Shown piece after piece: positions 58,556-64,000 of a DNA stretch of 64,000 nt. A model generated the notes under the pieces. It ran no database searches and was not told the DNA's origin. It saw nothing but the letters and a program-made list of their open reading frames with translations. Position 1 is the first letter of the stretch. Every line of letters begins with the position of its first letter. The DNA is taken from the NCBI GenBank assembly GCA_964410165.1, contig CAYPFT010000002.1:367-64366 (forward strand), read 5' to 3'. The DNA comes from an uncultured Candidatus Saccharibacteria bacterium. Lineage in GTDB: Bacteria; Patescibacteriota; Minisyncoccia; Phycocordibacterales; CAIJYI01. The position numbers were made by a program, and so were the translations under genes.

Positions 58556-58762
58556 TTACTTTCTTCTCACCGACTCTTCGCGATGATTTCCGTCATTTTG
58601 ATTCATAGCGTCTTTTTCTTCCGTGCCGTTTGAAGAAAAGAAAAAACGGTTTCCTTCGGGATTCCTTTGAAACCATATTGAAGACGGACAGCCGGGAAAA
58701 AACTGGTCGCCCGTGCCATCTTGATAGTATTCGGTGAGATAATCGTCGTTATCGTTTTGCAT
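58556..58762 (-). CDS. Small hypothetical protein
   Basis: 68-aa ORF with GGAGA upstream, followed by a hairpin. Confidence 0.35.
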   Translation of the reverse strand: MQNDNDDYLTEYYQDGTGDQFFPGCPSSIWFQRNPEGNRFFFSSNGTEEKDAMNQNDGNHREESVRRK

Positions 58763-58947
58763 TTTTATTCTCCAAGAGCGTTGACCGGATTCTATCTTCT
58801 TCTTTGAAGATGAAGAGAGCGTTAGCTTGCGGTTTCAGACTTCATGCCCCATGTCAACTTTTTTTATTTTTTCTTCTTCATAAATGTTTTACACGCGCAT
58901 GAAGTCTGTTAGGGTTTATGAGGGTTTGCTGAAGTATTGAGAAAAGA

Positions 58948-59069
58948 TGAAGTTTTCGGTTTTATTGCTCGGCATCATTTTGCACTCATTTTGAACAAGC
59001 GATTTCGGTGGAAATGCGCATTGATTCTCATTTTGAAATGACTGCCCGCGCAAAAAACCGAAAACTTCA
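58948..59069. repeat. Imperfect inverted-repeat element
   Basis: TGAAGTTTTCGGTTTT...AAAACCGAAAACTTCA with extended imperfect arms. Confidence 0.7.
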
Positions 59070-59082
59070 ACAACCTCAAACT

Positions 59083-59185
59083 TCCCGCACCGCACTCAGG
59101 TAATTTTGGCCTAGAAAAATTTCTCGGTGGAATATTAAAAGACGAGAAATTTTAAGGGCCAAAATTACCTGAGTGCGGTGCGGGA
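59083..59185. mobile_element. MITE-like hairpin with 29-bp perfect TIRs
   Basis: TCCCGCACCGCACTCAGGTAATTTTGGCC and its reverse complement; CAAACT at 59077-59082 and 59187-59192. Confidence 0.7.
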
Positions 59186-59216
59186 GCAAACTCTCTAACA
59201 GTAACATTAATAATAT

Positions 59217-60896
59217 ATGAATTATAAAAAAATCAAAAAACAAATATTTTTTGTCGCAACCGCCGTTCTGGCGCTTGCCATGAGCGGGCTTTTGTCGCTT
59301 GCTACCGCCAATGCCGCGGAAGCATACAACGCAAACTCTCCGGCGTATTATCCGTTCAGTCTTAATGCTCCCACGACGAGCTGCGTGAACGGCGTGTTTC
59401 AAGTTTCCCTTTCGTGGGGCGCATCCGTCAGTGGAGTTACCTACAGCGTTTCCCGAAAAAGTCCCGGAACCACCGCATGGCCGGTTGTTGCAAGCGGGCT
59501 TTCTTCGCGGAGCTACACCGACGTCCCGACAAGTTCCGGAACATACTCCTATCAAGTCAAAGCGATAAATGCGTACGGCATCGGGTACTCAAGCATTCAG
59601 AGCGTGACGATGGTGGCATGTTCCGCTCCGGCTCCGGTTATCGCGCCAACGCCGACTCCGGCCCCCGCGCCTGCACCCGCTCCGGCACCGAGCCCGACTT
59701 CCGTATATATGGCAACCAATCCCGCTTTTGTGCCGTATGCTCTTAGTGTTCCAATTGCGAGCTGTGTGAACGGACAGCCGCAAGTTTCCCTTTCATGGGG
59801 CGCTTCCGCAAGCGGAGTGACCTATAGCGTTTCCCGAAAAAGTCCCGGAACCACCGCATGGCCGAATATCGCAAGCGGACTTACCGCCCGACAGTACACC
59901 GACGCGCCGGGAACTGCCGGAACATATTCGTATCAGATTAAAGCGATAAACTCCGCCGGTACGGGGTACTCAAGCATTCAGAGTGTAACGGTGGGGACGT
60001 GTTCCGTTACGGCTCCGGTTATCGTGCCAACACCAACACTGACTCCAGTGCCTGTGCCGACACCGGTCAGTTCTTCGCTTCAATGGGGTTTCACCGCCGG
60101 ATGGCAGCCGGAGAGCATGACAGCGCTTGCGCAAACCATCGGACAGCAGCCGGACATGATTGCGGTGTTCACTCACTTCGGAAACGAAAATCAGTTTCCT
60201 CACTATCTTGCCCCGACCATACGAGACACTGGCAAAACAATGGTCATCTTCTGGGAGTACACTGACTATAATGTCGCGAGCCCTTACCAGCCGAGATTCT
60301 CGTATGACGCGATGCTTCGCGGAGACTGGGATTCGTACATGAGAACATTCGCCGAGGAAGCGAAAGCCTACGGCGGCCCCGTCATCTTGATTCCGTTTTC
60401 CGAAATGAACGGCAACTGGTTCCCATGGTCGGGAACGCTCAATGGGAATACGCCGGCAAAGATGATTCAATCGTACCGCCACATCCACGACCTGTTCGCG
60501 GACGCGCCGAATGTGAAATTCGGATGGGCGCCCAATAACGGCTCCGTCCCCGATACCGCCGAAAACAGCATACAGAGCTATTATCCGGGAGATGCGTATG
60601 TAGACTATGTCGGCGTCGACGGATTCAACTTCGGATACCCGTGGGAGACCTTCGACCAAGTCTTCGGACGCCCGCTTTCCATTCTCTCCGGCTACAATAA
60701 ACCGATTTATATCTTCTCCATGGCATCCGCCGACGGTCCGAACAAGGCGGCATGGATTACGGACGCGTTCAAAGTACAGATTCCCAAGTATCCGAAAATC
60801 GCCGGCTGGATCTGGTTCAACGAGAACAAAGAACGCGATTGGCGAGTAAACTCCGACCCGAATTCTCTCGCCGCATTTCAGGCGATAGTGCCATAG
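59217..60896 (+). CDS. Secreted GH26-family protein with two FN3-like repeats; nucleophile apparently lost
   Basis: Signal peptide, two VSLSW..YSVSRK..YSYQ.KAIN repeats, Pro-rich linkers, SEMNGNWFPW, YYPGD and KPIYIFS. Confidence 0.87.
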   Translation: MNYKKIKKQIFFVATAVLALAMSGLLSLATANAAEAYNANSPAYYPFSLNAPTTSCVNGVFQVSLSWGASVSGVTYSVSRKSPGTTAWPVVASGLSSRSYTDVPTSSGTYSYQVKAINAYGIGYSSIQSVTMVACSAPAPVIAPTPTPAPAPAPAPAPSPTSVYMATNPAFVPYALSVPIASCVNGQPQVSLSWGASASGVTYSVSRKSPGTTAWPNIASGLTARQYTDAPGTAGTYSYQIKAINSAGTGYSSIQSVTVGTCSVTAPVIVPTPTLTPVPVPTPVSSSLQWGFTAGWQPESMTALAQTIGQQPDMIAVFTHFGNENQFPHYLAPTIRDTGKTMVIFWEYTDYNVASPYQPRFSYDAMLRGDWDSYMRTFAEEAKAYGGPVILIPFSEMNGNWFPWSGTLNGNTPAKMIQSYRHIHDLFADAPNVKFGWAPNNGSVPDTAENSIQSYYPGDAYVDYVGVDGFNFGYPWETFDQVFGRPLSILSGYNKPIYIFSMASADGPNKAAWITDAFKVQIPKYPKIAGWIWFNENKERDWRVNSDPNSLAAFQAIVP

Positions 60897-61294
60897 CTTG
60901 CAGTGAAGCAATAATCGAAAAGCAATAAAACCCAAAACCCCCTCCGAGAAATCGGTGGGGGTTTTGGGTGAAAGTTTTTTCGGATTTTAGCGATAGGGGC
61001 GCGTGTTGATCGGGCCGACATGGCCGTAGGTATCATCCCAAACGCTTTCCATGTCGTAGAGTGAAAAATCAAGTTTGCCGCGGAATTTTTTGTCGTATTG
61101 CCGATCCTCATATTTGAGGAACTTGTCTTCTTTTTTGTATTTTCTCATAGAGTTATGCAACAGAATTATGCGTGGTAATTTTTTGCCGTGCGCTTTGCTC
61201 GGGCGGAGAAAGAATCCGGTTTACAATTTTTCTTTCAATTTTTATCGTCATTTCTTCTTTTTCTATCGGTATGATGAGAGTTCCATGAGAAATC

Positions 61295-61565
61295 AAAATA
61301 GCAAATCCTAGCATATACGTAATAGCCGGATTAATTTGGTTGATAGCGTAGTCGTTTTAGTTCGGTAGCGTAAGCATTTTTTTCGTTTTTTTGAAACAAT
61401 TCGCGTGTATAAAAAAAATACATGCGAAATCATCGTGTTGCGAGCTTAAAATCGTTCGTTTTGAGGAGAGAAGAAGCCGGTGTACGAGGCACATTACCTG
61501 CAATCCGAGTTGATTATCAACCAAATTAATCCGGCTAAGTGGCATATACTAGAGTTTGCTATTTT
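61295..61565. mobile_element. MITE-like element with ~50-bp imperfect TIRs
   Basis: Perfect 23-bp core TAGCCGGATTAATTTGGTTGATA (61323-61345) inverted at 61515-61537; outer arms AAAATAGCAAA/TTTGCTATTTT. Confidence 0.65.
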
Positions 61566-61906
61566 TGCGGAGTATCGGATTTGAGTTCGGCGGACATTAT
61601 TGCTTTCGGCGTTTCATATGCTTGCAAGTTGCCCAGCGCGCTTTCTACGAGATCAAAAGTATTCGGCTTGCTTCGGTAGCTTAATCCTATGGAAAAAAAC
61701 GCAATGCCGGCAATTATGGAAAAGATTGATCCGATGGTCACTGCCGGGAGAATGGTTTCATTGCGGGCGCGGACAAGAAGAGTAAGATTTTCATCCGTTT
61801 TCTTTTTGAACCCGAAAAACAATCCGCGAAAGAAACGCAGTATTTTATAGAGGAGGCAGATGAAGAGATGTGTTATGAGCGACATGCCCGCGAATGGTGA
61901 TAGCAT
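61559..61906 (-). CDS. Small two-TM protein downstream of the GT2 gene
   Basis: 115-aa ORF starting 20 nt after the GT2 stop codon. Confidence 0.5.
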   Translation of the reverse strand: MLSPFAGMSLITHLFICLLYKILRFFRGLFFGFKKKTDENLTLLVRARNETILPAVTIGSIFSIIAGIAFFSIGLSYRSKPNTFDLVESALGNLQAYETPKAIMSAELKSDTPQK

Positions 61907-61925
61907 AATGTTAAATATTGATTAT

Positions 61926-62942
61926 TTATATGATCTTCCTCTCAGGCTTGAACCAATAAAGATTTTTTTTGCGCAAGATGACTTCTCGCACCATTTGTTC
62001 CAGAAATATGTAAGAGTTTATATACATAAGAATGAGATATGCCGGTGAGATAAACACGATATCCCATCTCCTTTCTTTTAGCCCCGAATAGACCGAGAAA
62101 ACAGTGGTAAGAACGAGACAGGAAATCATAAATTGAAGAAAAAAACGGACATTGATAAACGGGAGGAGAAAAAGCAATGTTGAAAACATCACGCCCTCTC
62201 CATACGAAAGCGAAAGTTCAAGCGCCATGTTGAAACGACGCACGACGAACCTGCGATGTTTCATCAGGTTCTGCCATCCGCCACCGTACCATCGGCGCAT
62301 TTGGTTTACATAAGCATGTAGCGTCATCGGATCTTGGGTGTAGACTATCATTCGTCGATCATAAGCGATCCGCAGTCCGTATTTGTGAAAGCGATAAGTG
62401 AAGTCAAGATCCTCCGTCAGCGTGTCATGATCAAAAGAAATATATTTTTTGAATGATTCCGTACGAAACGCGCCGGCGGCACCCGGTATGACAAGCATAA
62501 ATCCAATGTAGGATTGCCCGAGTTTGTAAAGGTTTTGCCCGATGGCGTATTCAAAAGCGCGGCACGCGGTTATCCAGTTATATCGCATGCTTCGGACATA
62601 TCCGCCGACGGCGTGAATATCGGGATTCTCAAAATTTTCCAATGCGTATTCCACAAAATGCGGTTCAAGAACAGTGTCGCCGTCGGTTGCGGCAAATATG
62701 TCGGTCGTGACGAATTGCAATCCGTATTCCTGCGCATGGCTTTTGTTTCCCGTTGCGGTCGGAATGGCAATGACCGTAATTTTATTCCCGAATGCTTCCA
62801 AAATTTCGGCAGTGCCGTCGGTGCTCCCGTCATCCACCACGATTATTTCATCCGCAAGCCTGGTTTGCCGAAGACACGAATCAATGGTCGCTCGGATGGA
62901 TTTTTCTTCGTTATGGCAAGGGATGAGGATGGAGATGGTCAT
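61926..62942 (-). CDS. Processive GT2 glycosyltransferase (cellulose synthase/PgaC-like)
   Basis: PCHNEE, DDGSTD, DGD, TED and QMRRW (QxxRW); C-terminal TM helices. Confidence 0.92.
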   Translation of the reverse strand: MTISILIPCHNEEKSIRATIDSCLRQTRLADEIIVVDDGSTDGTAEILEAFGNKITVIAIPTATGNKSHAQEYGLQFVTTDIFAATDGDTVLEPHFVEYALENFENPDIHAVGGYVRSMRYNWITACRAFEYAIGQNLYKLGQSYIGFMLVIPGAAGAFRTESFKKYISFDHDTLTEDLDFTYRFHKYGLRIAYDRRMIVYTQDPMTLHAYVNQMRRWYGGGWQNLMKHRRFVVRRFNMALELSLSYGEGVMFSTLLFLLPFINVRFFLQFMISCLVLTTVFSVYSGLKERRWDIVFISPAYLILMYINSYIFLEQMVREVILRKKNLYWFKPERKII

Positions 62943-63060
62943 GTGGTGGATATTTCATTCTGTGCCCGTGAAAATTCTATGAAAAGCATTTTTGCAATGT
63001 TTCTTCACAAGGAAATCATTTGAGGCGCGTATGATTTTACTTTCACCACGCGCATATTCT

Positions 63061-63645
63061 ATGTCAAAAAATGTAATATTCATTGCCAATTGGTTCAAGA
63101 AATGGCGCGACCTCGCCGAAGTTTTTTTGAACCCGCTTTTTATCATTTCTGCGGGGATAGCAGTGGTGACGCTGTTCTTTTATCACACGATCCGCGACAA
63201 CCATCTTTTTGCGAACACGATGCTTATCATCGGGAGCTTGTTCGCAGGCATTGCCGGCGTATTTTTTAAAGACGAATACGACGAGCATACCGGAAAAGGA
63301 GTTTTGGAAAAGAAGGGGCGTTCCGCGCTGCGCAATCTTGAGACCATCAGCACCCAGCTCTATATCATCAAAACGTGGGCGGAGGTGTTTTCACGCGATG
63401 TTCCCGAAGGCAAAGAAAACAAGCGCGCTTTTGAAGAAATCTCGCGCCATATTTTGGCGATTGAATTGAACATCGCTTCCGGCATAGAAGATTGGGTCGA
63501 TATTATTCCCGAAGTGAAGTCGGGAGGACAGCCGGAGTTCGCCATAGACAAGAAATATAAAGAAGTGGCGGAATCCATCATGGCGGAGCTGACCGAAAAA
63601 AAACAGAATCATGCCAATAGAGCAAATGGGGAAGCAAAACCGTAG
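63061..63645 (+). CDS. Hypothetical two-TM protein
   Basis: Two N-terminal TM helices followed by a helical domain. Confidence 0.6.
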   Translation: MSKNVIFIANWFKKWRDLAEVFLNPLFIISAGIAVVTLFFYHTIRDNHLFANTMLIIGSLFAGIAGVFFKDEYDEHTGKGVLEKKGRSALRNLETISTQLYIIKTWAEVFSRDVPEGKENKRAFEEISRHILAIELNIASGIEDWVDIIPEVKSGGQPEFAIDKKYKEVAESIMAELTEKKQNHANRANGEAKP

Positions 63646-63793
63646 ATTGACAGATAACATACTGTATGGTAGTATGCAAAAACGCCAAAAAATCGTTATG
63701 AATTTCATCAAAACTTCATAATTGGATTGTTATCTGGAGAAACCTTTATCCCCGTATCCCAAAATTTTTTAGCGAAAATAAAAAATAAAACAT

Positions 63794-64000
63794 ATGAGAA
63801 TATTGATTGTTGAAGACGAAGAAAAATTAGCGCAATCCGTAAAGGTGTATTTGGAAAAAGAAGGATACGCTACGGATATTGTTCTTGACGGAGATACGGC
63901 AGAACGGCGAATCCGCATGTCAAGGAAAGACTATGACCTCGTCATACTTGATTTGATGCTGCCGAAAAAAAGCGGATATGAAGTGTGCAAAGCGGCACGG
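63794..64000 (+). CDS. Response regulator receiver domain (OmpR-like), 3'-partial
   Basis: MRILIVEDE..LA....YDLVILDLMLP..SG.EVC. Confidence 0.9.
   Translation, partial: MRILIVEDEEKLAQSVKVYLEKEGYATDIVLDGDTAERRIRMSRKDYDLVILDLMLPKKSGYEVCKAAR

Overview
Bacterial chromosome segment that looks like Patescibacteria/CPR (Parcubacteria-like). This lineage call is an inference from the pilMNO cluster, many leaderless genes, divergent housekeeping proteins and typical small repeats. From left to right the window holds: pilM/N/O; tRNA-Arg(TCT) and tRNA-Val(TAC), followed by structured repeats antisense to the tRNA and a type II restriction-modification (R-M) pair; a sigma-70 factor; a copper-resistance region (CcdA-multicopper oxidase fusion, cupredoxin, CopA, CopZ) interleaved with many toxin-antitoxin (TA) modules; pgm/galU; a cluster of Fic, HD hydrolase, ParB-like, dcd, thyX, tmk and dut genes; argS; a proteobacterial-like prkA(yeaG)-yeaH-spoVR operon transcribed divergently from two unusual single-module Clp-type AAA+ ATPases; ileS with an inserted histidine-phosphatase domain; and a ~14 kb surface-glycan locus. 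The glycan locus has a processive GT2, two GH26 proteins whose nucleophile Glu appears replaced by Ser, a split polysaccharide deacetylase and a PQQ-type sugar dehydrogenase, and three of its genes share eight copies of a CBM-like repeat. Two copies of a MITE with 16-bp terminal inverted repeats (TIRs) and 7-bp target-site duplications (TSDs) are present, along with several other hairpin elements. No CRISPR array, rRNA, integrase or transposase was seen. All family calls come from motif recognition, not database searches.
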